IMG/VR virus record: IMGVR_UViG_3300020450_001021
Coordinates: 1 to 64,000 of that record
Source of the DNA: a virus
DNA length: 64,000 nt
Direction: 5' to 3' (one strand)
The number at the start of each line of letters is the position of its first letter. Positions within the stretch are counted from its first letter, which is position 1. Both the position numbers and the translations under genes were made by a program. Of this stretch, positions 35,643 through 47,072 are shown in pieces. The notes below the pieces were generated by a model that saw only the letters and a list, made by a program, of their open reading frames with translations, was not told the DNA's origin and did no database searches.

Positions 35643-36086
35643 TTATACAGTTGCTGTTGCTGTTTTCTTTTTACCTATATTATATTTTGATTCTAATTCC
35701 CATTCACCTTTCTCTTTATAGGCGAGGACTTTAATTTGATTTAATGGAGCAATATCTACAATTACATCATCTTTAACTAATGTAACTAAACCCCAATCTG
35801 ATAGTAACTGAGCAATCCTATTACGACGTTGAACATCATTCTGTGTCAGGTTTGCTGTCTTACCATCAAGAGCAAATAATTCTTTAAAATGTACTATGTA
35901 ATATCTACCTTGCTTGTGTAGTATATGACAAGATTGATATAATTTCTTTTCTTTGCGAGAAGCAACACCTATCCTAGATAATGTTTCTCTTACTTTTAGA
36001 AAGTCATCTGGTTGAGAAAGTTTCACCTCCACCATACTATCACGAGTCCACTGAACTTCAGCTACTTGGGACATTTTTTCCTCCAC
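35643..36086 (-). CDS. regA: translational repressor RegA
   Basis: DDFLKVRETLSRIG, LYQSCHILHKQGRYYIVHFKE. Confidence 0.97.
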   Translation of the reverse strand: MEEKMSQVAEVQWTRDSMVEVKLSQPDDFLKVRETLSRIGVASRKEKKLYQSCHILHKQGRYYIVHFKELFALDGKTANLTQNDVQRRNRIAQLLSDWGLVTLVKDDVIVDIAPLNQIKVLAYKEKGEWELESKYNIGKKKTATATV

Positions 36087-36465
36087 GGTTTAATTTCGAT
36101 TTCAAGTGATCAAGTTGATCTTTATTTAGGATTTTAAGGATTGCTTGTGCTTTCTCAGTACTATAGTTATAGTAACTTTTGATTGTCTCCAGATCCTCTA
36201 ACTTCACTTTCTTCTCCCAAGGAGAAAAACGCTTTCTTTTCCTAACCGTATTTATATAAAAATCGTATTGAAGTTTGTTTGGAAGGTCATAATATATGTT
36301 CATCTCATTTGCCAGTAATACTGTATCATAATGAGATGCCATGCATTTAGTGATTACCCATGCAGGATATTCCTTTTCCCAACTGGGATCTTCACTATCT
36401 AATAGGTTTTGCTTTGTCTCGTTGATGCTCTTCAAATAGTCCGCTAAGGGATGCCTGTTGTTCAT
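36058..36465 (-). CDS. clamp loader small subunit (gp62-like)
   Basis: YLKSIN, ANEMN, RKRKRFSPW, YYNYS.EKA. Confidence 0.92.
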   Translation of the reverse strand: MNNRHPLADYLKSINETKQNLLDSEDPSWEKEYPAWVITKCMASHYDTVLLANEMNIYYDLPNKLQYDFYINTVRKRKRFSPWEKKVKLEDLETIKSYYNYSTEKAQAILKILNKDQLDHLKSKLNRGGKNVPSS

Positions 36466-37261
36466 AATTTAATAAGAGAAGTTCTTTACGTTTCTTTTGG
36501 TTTGCTGTATAATTTCCAGTTGATCTCATAGTATAGGTTAGATCCCAATCCTTCTGATACCAATTTGGAAATCTTTCTTTTATATACAAATCTGAATTAT
36601 ATGTTATCATGCATTTTTGTTCCGATGCACATGCTTGAGCAGTAAACCATTCATGATCAAATGATTTATGCATATCACCTTTATTACCATACAAGTTATC
36701 TTTAATTGCATATGGTGGATCTAGAAATACAAAATCGTCTTTACCATAAAGCATTTCTTCATAGGAATGGTTAGTAATTCTCCATCCTCTAATCAATTCA
36801 CCAAGAGCAGGTAGTTTATCTATGCCCCTAAAGGTAAAGTTCTGCCTAGATGCTTGCTTACTAAATGAACTATTAGCAGTTAGACCACTAAAAGAACATT
36901 TATTTGCCACATAGAAATTAAATCCTGATTCGTATATATCATTGTTTAATTTATCTTTAGCATTATCAAATGCTATTCTATGTGCATCGTCGCTTTCACC
37001 GAGTTCTGTCTTTAATTCCCTTAGATCATCACATAACTGCTGTCCATGGTCTCTGAGCGTCATCCAGAAGGCATACAGAGGGTAATAGAGATCGTTTACC
37101 CATATATCTGTATTAGGATAAGTTTGAGTGACATACAATGCCATAGAACCACCACCTAAAAATGGTTCTCTATATCTTTCTATCTTAGGTAAGTGCTTTG
37201 ACAAGAACTTAATTGCTCTTGATTTTCCACCAGGATATCTTAGAGGTGTAGTATACTTCAT
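36395..37261 (-). CDS. dam: DNA adenine methyltransferase (D12 class)
   Basis: LRYPGGKS, EPFLGGGS, FLDPPY. Confidence 0.93.
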   Translation of the reverse strand: MKYTTPLRYPGGKSRAIKFLSKHLPKIERYREPFLGGGSMALYVTQTYPNTDIWVNDLYYPLYAFWMTLRDHGQQLCDDLRELKTELGESDDAHRIAFDNAKDKLNNDIYESGFNFYVANKCSFSGLTANSSFSKQASRQNFTFRGIDKLPALGELIRGWRITNHSYEEMLYGKDDFVFLDPPYAIKDNLYGNKGDMHKSFDHEWFTAQACASEQKCMITYNSDLYIKERFPNWYQKDWDLTYTMRSTGNYTANQKKRKELLLLNYEQQASLSGLFEEHQRDKAKPIR

Positions 37262-37419
37262 TGCCAACAACCTCGGTCTTGTTTTGGATAGTAAACTTCT
37301 ACATATGAATCACATCGAGGACAGTGTAGATTTGTCACAAAAGAATATTCCTCTGTAATATCTCTACAGTCATTGTCTCCACCCCAAATGAGTTCTGTAT
37401 CACAGTGCCAACATTTCAT
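37258..37419 (-). CDS. small zinc-ribbon protein
   Basis: Manual translation MKCWHCDTELIWGGDND...NLHCPRCDSYVEVYYP (CxxC...CxxC). Confidence 0.7.
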   Translation of the reverse strand: MKCWHCDTELIWGGDNDCRDITEEYSFVTNLHCPRCDSYVEVYYPKQDRGCWQ

Positions 37420-37655
37420 TGTAGTATAGGCATATTACTATAAGGACTTTCATCTCTTGGGATAAAAGATTCAGTAAGAGTTTCTACAAGTAAATTTATA
37501 TCAGCAGAGATAGCATCGTTTGTATCTGCCATCCTACGATAACCAGAACCAACATAGATCTGACCTACAAATACAGATACAGTTGCTGCACCCCAGAACA
37601 AATAATAAAATCTGGATTTTACTTGTGCTCTCAGTTTTTCACGTTTATTTGTCAT
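37416..37655 (-). CDS. hypothetical membrane protein
   Basis: KSRFYYLFWGAATVSVFVGQIYVGSGYR. Confidence 0.75.
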   Translation of the reverse strand: MTNKREKLRAQVKSRFYYLFWGAATVSVFVGQIYVGSGYRRMADTNDAISADINLLVETLTESFIPRDESPYSNMPILQ

Positions 37656-38284
37656 AATAAAAATTTTGATTTAGTTTTACTTGTTGATGCTAATGTGTTT
37701 ATTAACTCATCCCATTTATCTGCCTGTACATATGAAAAACCAATAGTGGTTCTTAATTTGTCAGTTGAATTATTAGGAGAAGCACCTCTGTGTTGCCAAT
37801 TAGAAGGAATTAAAACTCCTCTATTAGGTAGATATGAGTAACGATAATACTTATCATTATTATAACATATAAATTCTCCACCCCATTCTTGATTCCATTC
37901 CATATTGGTAAAAAGAACAAAAGTCCATACCCAATCTTGTATAAAATCTTTATGAAAGGTAGAGATTTGACCAAAGGTTTGACCATTTACATGAATCTTA
38001 CATAATCTAATATCTTTCTTGATATGCTTTTGTATCTTCATCTTAATGATAGTAGCAGCTTCTAAGAACTGTTGCTTATCATGTTCCCATTTCATTCCCC
38101 AACAAAGATTGTCTTTATATGTGACTCTACTTTTTTCAGGTCCTACCCACATAGTAGGTGGTTTACTGTCAAGAGAATATGATGAATTACATAGTGCCCA
38201 TTCACCATAATACATCTCATCATCTAATCCAAAGAAACAAGATAATGGAAGTACTTCATCATTATAATAAATTGGTACATTCAT
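37652..38284 (-). CDS. 2OG-Fe(II) oxygenase
   Basis: NGQT, FHKD, W..EWGGE, PNRGVLIPS.W.H.G, LRTT. Confidence 0.85.
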   Translation of the reverse strand: MNVPIYYNDEVLPLSCFFGLDDEMYYGEWALCNSSYSLDSKPPTMWVGPEKSRVTYKDNLCWGMKWEHDKQQFLEAATIIKMKIQKHIKKDIRLCKIHVNGQTFGQISTFHKDFIQDWVWTFVLFTNMEWNQEWGGEFICYNNDKYYRYSYLPNRGVLIPSNWQHRGASPNNSTDKLRTTIGFSYVQADKWDELINTLASTSKTKSKFLL

Positions 38285-38463
38285 TTAGAAGATTTTCTAA
38301 ACCACGCTCTATACAAACCAAATGATGTTGATAATATTACTATTATCGCTATTGATACTGGTAATGTAATATGTGGGTCAGCATTAAAATGTGGAATAAT
38401 AGCATTACATTTTGTCCATGTACCAGGTAGTGTATACACTGGTGGACAAGATAAAAAGATCAT
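38281..38463 (-). CDS. small membrane protein, possibly a truncated PsbN-like paralog
   Basis: CPPVYTLPGTW..C..IIPH, TM helix, FGLY. Confidence 0.6.
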   Translation of the reverse strand: MIFLSCPPVYTLPGTWTKCNAIIPHFNADPHITLPVSIAIIVILSTSFGLYRAWFRKSSK

Positions 38464-38469
38464 AATTGA

Positions 38470-38967
38470 TTATACCCAATTTGGTTTTCTGGATTCGTCA
38501 CGAAGATAATTAGATGCAACCCAAGGTTTGCTGCCAATGTAATTCTTGTAAGCAGTAAAAGTGTCAATGCTTGTGTCATGTTTATACTTATCAGGCATTG
38601 CCCTAGTAAATGATGTAGGTGAAGGACAATCTGGAAAGATGATGTCAGCACATTCTATAGTATACTGACAACTATGTGTCTTACCATATCGGTGTGTGTA
38701 CTCTGCACATAAAGCAAGTCCGTGGTCAATTAACCAACGGAAGTTTGTCTGTGCCCAAATTGTACATGGGTGGTTACGAAATGCACCCTTATCTGTTTTG
38801 TATGGTGTGCCATCTACTTTAGGTAGAACACCAAAACCATGACCCCACTTTTCTGATGCTACAATAGATAACATTTGACATGTTTCTAATGGCATCTTGA
38901 CAATGTGTTTGTCGGGTAGAACCTGTGCAGATGCAACAGGGTCTGGATCAGTAACAAAAATATTCAT
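38470..38967 (-). CDS. pyrimidine dimer DNA glycosylase-family protein
   Basis: MNIF, DKHIVKMPLE.CQMLS, NHPCTIW, EYTHRYGK.H. Confidence 0.8.
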   Translation of the reverse strand: MNIFVTDPDPVASAQVLPDKHIVKMPLETCQMLSIVASEKWGHGFGVLPKVDGTPYKTDKGAFRNHPCTIWAQTNFRWLIDHGLALCAEYTHRYGKTHSCQYTIECADIIFPDCPSPTSFTRAMPDKYKHDTSIDTFTAYKNYIGSKPWVASNYLRDESRKPNWV

Positions 38968-38978
38968 AAGAAATTACA

Positions 38979-39125
38979 TTATGTTTTAGGTGTAATTTGT
39001 CTACAAATTAAATAAGGAGAAACCATTTTGCATTGCAATGCTTTATCTTGTCGTAATGACACTATAATAATAGTTAGTTGAACTATTATTGTTATAGGAA
39101 TAGCATACTTGAATACTTTCTTCAT
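38979..39125 (-). CDS. small membrane protein
   Basis: Manual translation MKKVFKYAIPITIIVQLTIIIVSLRQDKALQCKMVSPYLICRQITPKT. Confidence 0.5.
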   Translation of the reverse strand: MKKVFKYAIPITIIVQLTIIIVSLRQDKALQCKMVSPYLICRQITPKT

Positions 39126-39146
39126 GGTATCATTCTAGCATCAATA

Positions 39147-39443
39147 CTATTCAAAGTCAATGCCAACTTCATCCTTTTGATCTCTATCTAAATCAGGAAG
39201 ATGTGGTTCTACCCAGTGTTCTTTATTGTCAATGCCAGCAGCATCTACATATCTCATGATGTGCTGATCTACTTGACGAAATATATCATGTAGATTTAAA
39301 TCCATGCGAATGTCATGTGCAATTTCTGCTACTTGCTTTTCATCTAAACAATGATCTGGATGCAGAAGATCACAACAAGGAATTCTTCTTTCAATCAACT
39401 CATTTAAGTTGATTCTAATTTCGTAATCTTGGTATACGGGCAT
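39147..39443 (-). CDS. hypothetical protein
   Basis: 98-aa ORF. Confidence 0.75.
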   Translation of the reverse strand: MPVYQDYEIRINLNELIERRIPCCDLLHPDHCLDEKQVAEIAHDIRMDLNLHDIFRQVDQHIMRYVDAAGIDNKEHWVEPHLPDLDRDQKDEVGIDFE

Positions 39444-39468
39444 AATAATAAGAAACTTATTTTATATA

Positions 39469-39990
39469 TTAAAGAATACGTTCTAATCCATCTAATATAT
39501 CAGAAGCAGTTATACTTTTCTTTGAAGGGGATACATTAGATGCTAGTATTTTATAATCTCCATTTTCAAATTTAACTTTTGCTGCAGGTGATTTGTCAGT
39601 AAAGTATAATCTTTTTTCTACAGTATCCCAATCAGTATAACCAAGAGTCATATTCTCAGTATCTACTAGGAACATATATTCAAATGTTTTATCTACTGTT
39701 TTGTTTTCACTTTGAAAATTTTTAAGAGTAATGGTTTTAGTTGAACCATTCTTGTTAAACATTTTAAGTGTTCCTTTCATTTCATAATGTGTTTGATCTT
39801 CTCCAAGAAAATCAACTCCATCCATATGATCTCCAACATATTTTACTTGTCCATCACTCCACTTAGCAAATGATTTCTCTTGTAAGTATGTTCTAAAGGT
39901 CTTGAAAGTGTTTGATTTCATTTCTTTAGTATTAGTTGCATTAACACAACCAAAGAACTCTTCAAGGTTTACACGTGAGATATCAATCAT
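39469..39990 (-). CDS. hypothetical protein (possible PD-(D/E)xK fold)
   Basis: GVDF...YEMK pattern. Confidence 0.65.
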   Translation of the reverse strand: MIDISRVNLEEFFGCVNATNTKEMKSNTFKTFRTYLQEKSFAKWSDGQVKYVGDHMDGVDFLGEDQTHYEMKGTLKMFNKNGSTKTITLKNFQSENKTVDKTFEYMFLVDTENMTLGYTDWDTVEKRLYFTDKSPAAKVKFENGDYKILASNVSPSKKSITASDILDGLERIL

Positions 39991-40171
39991 CTATTAACTC
40001 CAAATCTTCTATTTGATCTGCAGTAACTTCATGGTCTGCAATACGATACCAGTGTTTTGATATTCCCATAGCATCAGGTCTTACTCCTAGATATTCAAAT
40101 TCATCACATTGGTTTTCACGTAACCATGCTTGTAAACGTTTATGCATTAATTCTTCTCTGCTAATTTTCAT
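39983..40171 (-). CDS. hypothetical protein
   Basis: RLQAWLRE...EYLG..PD...HWYRI. Confidence 0.75.
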   Translation of the reverse strand: MKISREELMHKRLQAWLRENQCDEFEYLGVRPDAMGISKHWYRIADHEVTADQIEDLELIDD

Positions 40172-40784
40172 TTAAATTCACACTCCATTAGTATATTCTC
40201 TTGGTACAGAGAAATAAGGTTTATTATCTCTGTGTAATATATTATTATTATGATCTACCAATTCTAAATTTGAAATATGATTATTAGATCGGTTTTTATC
40301 TTTATGATTTACTTCGTAGGCAGGATTCCAATTCTTAAACCATGCTTCTGCCATTAAACGATGAACTAATTTACCTTCATACATTGCATATCCTTGTTCA
40401 TTTAAATAAAAATTAACGGTTGTATCTTGAGTTGATCTTTTTTTTATTCTCCCATCAAAATAGTATATGTAATTACCAACCATTCTCATGTGAGGTCTAC
40501 ATTCAGAATATGGTGGTTTTACTTTACCATTATTCAATAACCACATTAACCACTGTTTAACTGGTAACCTTGCTTTCGTTGGGAGTTTACCTTTTTCAAA
40601 ATCTTTTCTAAGCATTGATTTCACACTATCATATGCTCTTTCAGTATAATCTTGTGCAAGAGGAATTCCTTGCAAATAATTTTCAAAAGTATATACCTTA
40701 ATACCTTTTGTAACTTTTTTATAGATTTCTATTTCAAATCTATTGTAACCCCTTTTCTTTTTTCTCATTTAAATTCACACTCCA
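40168..40784. repeat. 20-bp direct repeat flanking the HNH gene
   Basis: tcatttaaattcacactcca at 40168-40187 and 40765-40784. Confidence 0.9.
40178..40768 (-). CDS. free-standing HNH homing endonuclease
   Basis: VHRLMAEAW...EVNHKDKNRSNNHISNLE.V...NNILH. Confidence 0.9.
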   Translation of the reverse strand: MRKKKRGYNRFEIEIYKKVTKGIKVYTFENYLQGIPLAQDYTERAYDSVKSMLRKDFEKGKLPTKARLPVKQWLMWLLNNGKVKPPYSECRPHMRMVGNYIYYFDGRIKKRSTQDTTVNFYLNEQGYAMYEGKLVHRLMAEAWFKNWNPAYEVNHKDKNRSNNHISNLELVDHNNNILHRDNKPYFSVPREYTNGV

Positions 40785-41706
40785 CCATTATTTCAGTCAA
40801 TGCTGCTAGTAGATTTATTTCTTGGTCAGCAGCAAATGCTGATTGATATTGATACTTAGCAATAATCAATACTGCCTGTGGAATAGTTGCAGGTACTAGG
40901 TAAGTATATAAACTATCATAGATTGATCTAAAGATATGAGATGGTTCATTATCTAAATTAGAAGCAACCCATTTCTTTACTGTAGTAAATTCTTGTTTCT
41001 TAAGTGATTCAGTTAATTGATTAAATTTAATTTCATTCAAACTTGATAATATACCACTGTCTATAGTACCACCTATAGCATAACGTTGACACTCATTTAA
41101 TGTTCTTCTCCAATCAGGAAAGAATTTAAGTATTAACTGTGGTAATACTTTCTCATCAAAATCAATATCTTCTTTATTTAAAATGTATTTTAAACGTTCA
41201 AAGAATTTTGATGCTACCATCTTTTTATCAGCAGAGGGTATTGTAAAATCTATTACAGTACATCTAGAATGTAATGGTTCTAAAATTTTATTCTTATAGT
41301 TACATGTAAATATAAATCTACAATTACCATGAAATTTTTCTATGTTTGCTCTTAATGCAAGTTGTACATCATTACCAGTATTGTCTGCTTCATCTACTAT
41401 AACAACTTTATGTTGTGAATCAGAAGACAAAGATACAGTAGAAGCAAAGTTAGCAACCTTATTTCTAACTGTGTCAAGATAACGTCCTTCATCAGAACCA
41501 TTGATAATAATATAATCAACTTTTAATTGTTCACATAGTGCTCTAGCAACAGTTGTTTTACCAATACCTGCTGTGCCATGTAAAAGCATATTAGATATTT
41601 GACCTGTTGCTAGAAACGATTTAAATTGATTCTTAATCGTATCAGGTAAAATACAATCTTCAATTTTCTTTGGTCGGTATTTTTCGACCCATACAAAATC
41701 AGTCAT
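40765..41706 (-). CDS. clamp loader large subunit (gp44-like)
   Basis: WVEKYRP, GTAGIGKTT, VDEAD, LHSRC. Confidence 0.96.
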   Translation of the reverse strand: MTDFVWVEKYRPKKIEDCILPDTIKNQFKSFLATGQISNMLLHGTAGIGKTTVARALCEQLKVDYIIINGSDEGRYLDTVRNKVANFASTVSLSSDSQHKVVIVDEADNTGNDVQLALRANIEKFHGNCRFIFTCNYKNKILEPLHSRCTVIDFTIPSADKKMVASKFFERLKYILNKEDIDFDEKVLPQLILKFFPDWRRTLNECQRYAIGGTIDSGILSSLNEIKFNQLTESLKKQEFTTVKKWVASNLDNEPSHIFRSIYDSLYTYLVPATIPQAVLIIAKYQYQSAFAADQEINLLAALTEIMVECEFK

Positions 41707-41899
41707 TGTTAATAATATAAGTGGGTGGTGTGTGATGATCGTTCCAATGACGAATATTGCCACCAACAATAAAACAGTTAGTAATTACTAGTTGAAGGAA
41801 GATAAGAGTTCTTATCATTGCAACATAATCTGCTTCTCTATTAGATTTACCAGATTTGTCACCTAATGCTTTTGCCCATACCCTCCATATCTTTCTCAC
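41699..41899 (-). CDS. small membrane protein
   Basis: WRVWAKALGDKSG..N.EAD.VA.IRT. Confidence 0.7.
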   Translation of the reverse strand: MRKIWRVWAKALGDKSGKSNREADYVAMIRTLIFLQLVITNCFIVGGNIRHWNDHHTPPTYIINND

Positions 41900-41967
41900 T
41901 TTTTAAACACTCCCAAACTTCTTAATATAAAAATAGTAATTACTGTCCAAAAAATTATATACCACAT
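41896..41967 (-). CDS. single-TM microprotein
   Basis: MWYIIFWTVITIFILRSLGVFKK; coupled on both sides. Confidence 0.5.
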   Translation of the reverse strand: MWYIIFWTVITIFILRSLGVFKK

Positions 41968-42629
41968 TATCCAAAAGTAGAGTCAGGTTCTAGTGCTATG
42001 TAATACTCTAACTTCAATGAGTTATTACAAAAACGAGCAACTCTTTCACTAATCTCAACATCATATGTACCTGGTATTATCTTTATGTTTTCTATTTTAA
42101 AGTTAAATTTAAATGGAATTTCAGATTCTCCAACTTCATAAGATACTGCATTAGAAGTATCGTTCTCTTTATCCTTAACAACTAAACAAACTTCACCACC
42201 TTCTGATTCTAAACATAAATCTGGTAATTGATATACACGTGCACCTTTCATCAAATGTGATAATGTTTCATTAGTAAACTGAAAACTAAATTGATGTTCT
42301 GGTAATTGTATATCTTTCTCTGGTGGTTTAGCAATTACATCAGGATCAGCAAAGAAATACTTTACTTTAGATCTACCATTTTTAATAGTCATATATGACT
42401 GGTTATCAAAATTGATAGAAGGATTATGGAATAAAGAAACCCCACCTAAGAATTGCCCTAGATCATATATGGCAAATGGGATAGGAAAATCTTCATTAAT
42501 CTCTGCCTTAGCAAAGATGTTGTTAGTTACAGAGATAGTACTAATTGTACTACCACCTTTAAAATAAATTGAGTTGTTTACTGATTGAAAGTTCTTGAGA
42601 ATTTCTTTTGTTTCTTCAGATAGTTGCAT
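41967..42629 (-). CDS. DNA polymerase sliding clamp (gp45-like)
   Basis: MQLS.ET..ILKNF.SVN, FAIYDLGQFL, YYIALE. Confidence 0.95.
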   Translation of the reverse strand: MQLSEETKEILKNFQSVNNSIYFKGGSTISTISVTNNIFAKAEINEDFPIPFAIYDLGQFLGGVSLFHNPSINFDNQSYMTIKNGRSKVKYFFADPDVIAKPPEKDIQLPEHQFSFQFTNETLSHLMKGARVYQLPDLCLESEGGEVCLVVKDKENDTSNAVSYEVGESEIPFKFNFKIENIKIIPGTYDVEISERVARFCNNSLKLEYYIALEPDSTFG

Positions 42630-42631
42630 AA

Positions 42632-44746
<2,115 letters not shown>

Positions 44747-44769
44747 TGTTTTTTCTTAATTATGAATTC

Positions 44770-44825
44770 ATTATAAAAGATAAATGTGGTATTTTCTACC
44801 ACTTGTGTGACAGTTTATCAACTGG
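44770..44825 (-). promoter_or_regulatory. cyanomyovirus early-promoter motif
   Basis: CAGTTGATAAACTGTCAC, a short inverted repeat (GTGGTA/TACCAC), then TATAAT; second copy at 47096-47151. Confidence 0.7.
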
Positions 44826-47072
44826 TTATGCTACCATGTCGATAAATGATGATAACACTTTTTTATTAGTGTTTTTGTTCTTTAAATTCTTTTTGAATGC
44901 AGAACGTATTTGTGCTTTAGTAGCATTTTCTTTCACTTCAAAAGATTCACTGGCATTTAAATTGTTTGAGGCAAGACCATAAAGAATACTATAACCTGTT
45001 GGTTTTAGGATTGCTGATCTTATCTTACTCCATGACTTTTTATCTTTCTCTGTATACATTTCATCTTCTTTATACTGGTAATGAAATCTACTTACCTCAC
45101 CAGATTGTAATAGACGAATACCTATTATATTAACATTAGGAAAATTATCTTGCAAATTTTGTAACAATGTTTGTGTTATACTGCTTTTCCAGTTCCACTC
45201 ATTACAAGCATTATATACTCTACCAATCTTTCTATCACGTATTTGACAACGATTATGTAAACTAACTCTACCCCATACCTTCTCATCACTATAATATGAA
45301 TCTACCTTATTAACACGTCCGATAGAACATGACTCACCATCAGTTAGTAATACTGTATTTAATTTAGTAACTTGATGTTTTTTAAAGAAGTCAGGTATTA
45401 AAGTACGTAAAGAAATTATACACTCATTTAAAGGAGTACCTGATAAGTTTAATCCATATGGAACATATTCAGAATAACCATACTGTATTGAATGTGATAA
45501 TTTAAATATTGCTTCACAATCTATTTCTAATTCTTTATTACTTCTATTAGATGATAAGAAGTTTAGAAGACGGAAAGAAGGATGACAGTATATGGTATTC
45601 TCTACCATTTTTTGTATCTCTTTTAATCCTATTCTAGAATCTTCAGATCTGTTTTGCCACTCAGGTGCAGAGTCATTTGTAAATCCATAAACTTCAAAAG
45701 GTATATTAACTTTCTTACAGAACCATACTAGATTTAGTAATTGTTTTACTGTGTCATTTATAACATGGTGCATAGATCCAGACCAATCTAATATAAAGAT
45801 TAGTCCATGATTCTTACCCTCTGGTAAAATAGTTACCTTCTTGAAAAGATCCTCGTTGAATTTGTACGTATGGAGTTTCTTTGTGTCCAGTACTCCAGTC
45901 CTAGAAGTAGCAGCACGAGCGTAAGCATCTGCAGATTTTCTACATTCAAATTCCTTAACAAGATAATTGACTCCCTTACTAGATTCCTTTTTATATTTTA
46001 GATACTTTTCTTTAAATTGTCCATCAAGATTACGATATGTAAACGTATCATCAGTTGAATAGTTATATCTAACTTTCTCGTCACTCACTTCTCTCCACCA
46101 TTTTTGTACATAATTACTAAGACGTTTTGAATCAACTAAAATATCATCCATATTTAACTCTGGAAAATCTAGATATATTGTTTCTCTTGCTTCTTCATTA
46201 ATTAATTGCTGTTGATTTGTGTCAAAAGATTCTTGTGTTTGTGATGTAAACTCATCAGGTATATCATTTGAATATCTGCCACCTTCATTAGAATGAGTTA
46301 GTGGTTCTTCATTACTATCAGTATCTTCAGATGATTCTTGTTTTGCCTGAGTGTCATCACCATCACCATCAACAGATTGACCTTGATTATTTTCTTCTTT
46401 TAAATCATGGTCTTCATCTTTTGATACGTTCTCAACATACACTGGTTCAGAATCTTCATTATCACTATTTTTATTTTCTTTATTTGGATGAACTGATATC
46501 TCCTTTAAGTTCATATTCAATTCTTGTGTCTCTTTAAGGTTGTTGTATATACGAAGACATAATTCTAAAACTTCTTCAAAAGTTTCTAGACCTTTACAAA
46601 TATTAACTACAGTTTGTTCATCTTCAGTAAAAGGAATAATTTCAAATGAACCTAATTTAAAATATAAATTGATACGATCAATAAAAGCAAACTCATCAAA
46701 ATCTTTACCATCTATTTCAAAGAAATCTTTTACATGTAATTCTTTATATCCCTTATAGAAACTTTTTGATAAACCACCATATCTTCTTTTCATTAACTTT
46801 TCAATACGTGCATCCTCTATTACATTTACAAATGAAGGAGGAATATCTTTATACTTATCTTTCTTCCATTCTTCTACTGGAGTATATAATGCATGTCCTA
46901 CTTCATGTCCTACGAGCATATCATATACATTTTCTGATACATCCCACATAGGAAGAGTCAATACTCTTGTTTCTACATTGAAACATGCTGTTGGTACTTG
47001 CTTATGTTCTACTATGAGATTCTCAGTAGCAAGAAGTTTAGCAAGATTGTCTTTGACCTCTAAGTTTTTCAT
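44826..47072 (-). CDS. metallopeptidase-vWA (CobT-like) protein
   Basis: HEVGH...NVIEDARIE; MIDAS DWSGS, GTPL, LTDGES. Confidence 0.88.
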   Translation of the reverse strand: MKNLEVKDNLAKLLATENLIVEHKQVPTACFNVETRVLTLPMWDVSENVYDMLVGHEVGHALYTPVEEWKKDKYKDIPPSFVNVIEDARIEKLMKRRYGGLSKSFYKGYKELHVKDFFEIDGKDFDEFAFIDRINLYFKLGSFEIIPFTEDEQTVVNICKGLETFEEVLELCLRIYNNLKETQELNMNLKEISVHPNKENKNSDNEDSEPVYVENVSKDEDHDLKEENNQGQSVDGDGDDTQAKQESSEDTDSNEEPLTHSNEGGRYSNDIPDEFTSQTQESFDTNQQQLINEEARETIYLDFPELNMDDILVDSKRLSNYVQKWWREVSDEKVRYNYSTDDTFTYRNLDGQFKEKYLKYKKESSKGVNYLVKEFECRKSADAYARAATSRTGVLDTKKLHTYKFNEDLFKKVTILPEGKNHGLIFILDWSGSMHHVINDTVKQLLNLVWFCKKVNIPFEVYGFTNDSAPEWQNRSEDSRIGLKEIQKMVENTIYCHPSFRLLNFLSSNRSNKELEIDCEAIFKLSHSIQYGYSEYVPYGLNLSGTPLNECIISLRTLIPDFFKKHQVTKLNTVLLTDGESCSIGRVNKVDSYYSDEKVWGRVSLHNRCQIRDRKIGRVYNACNEWNWKSSITQTLLQNLQDNFPNVNIIGIRLLQSGEVSRFHYQYKEDEMYTEKDKKSWSKIRSAILKPTGYSILYGLASNNLNASESFEVKENATKAQIRSAFKKNLKNKNTNKKVLSSFIDMVA

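Noticed and set aside
36395-37261. Restriction-modification system around dam
   Set aside because: No adjacent endonuclease; orphan methyltransferases are usual in these phages, and GATC enrichment could not be computed
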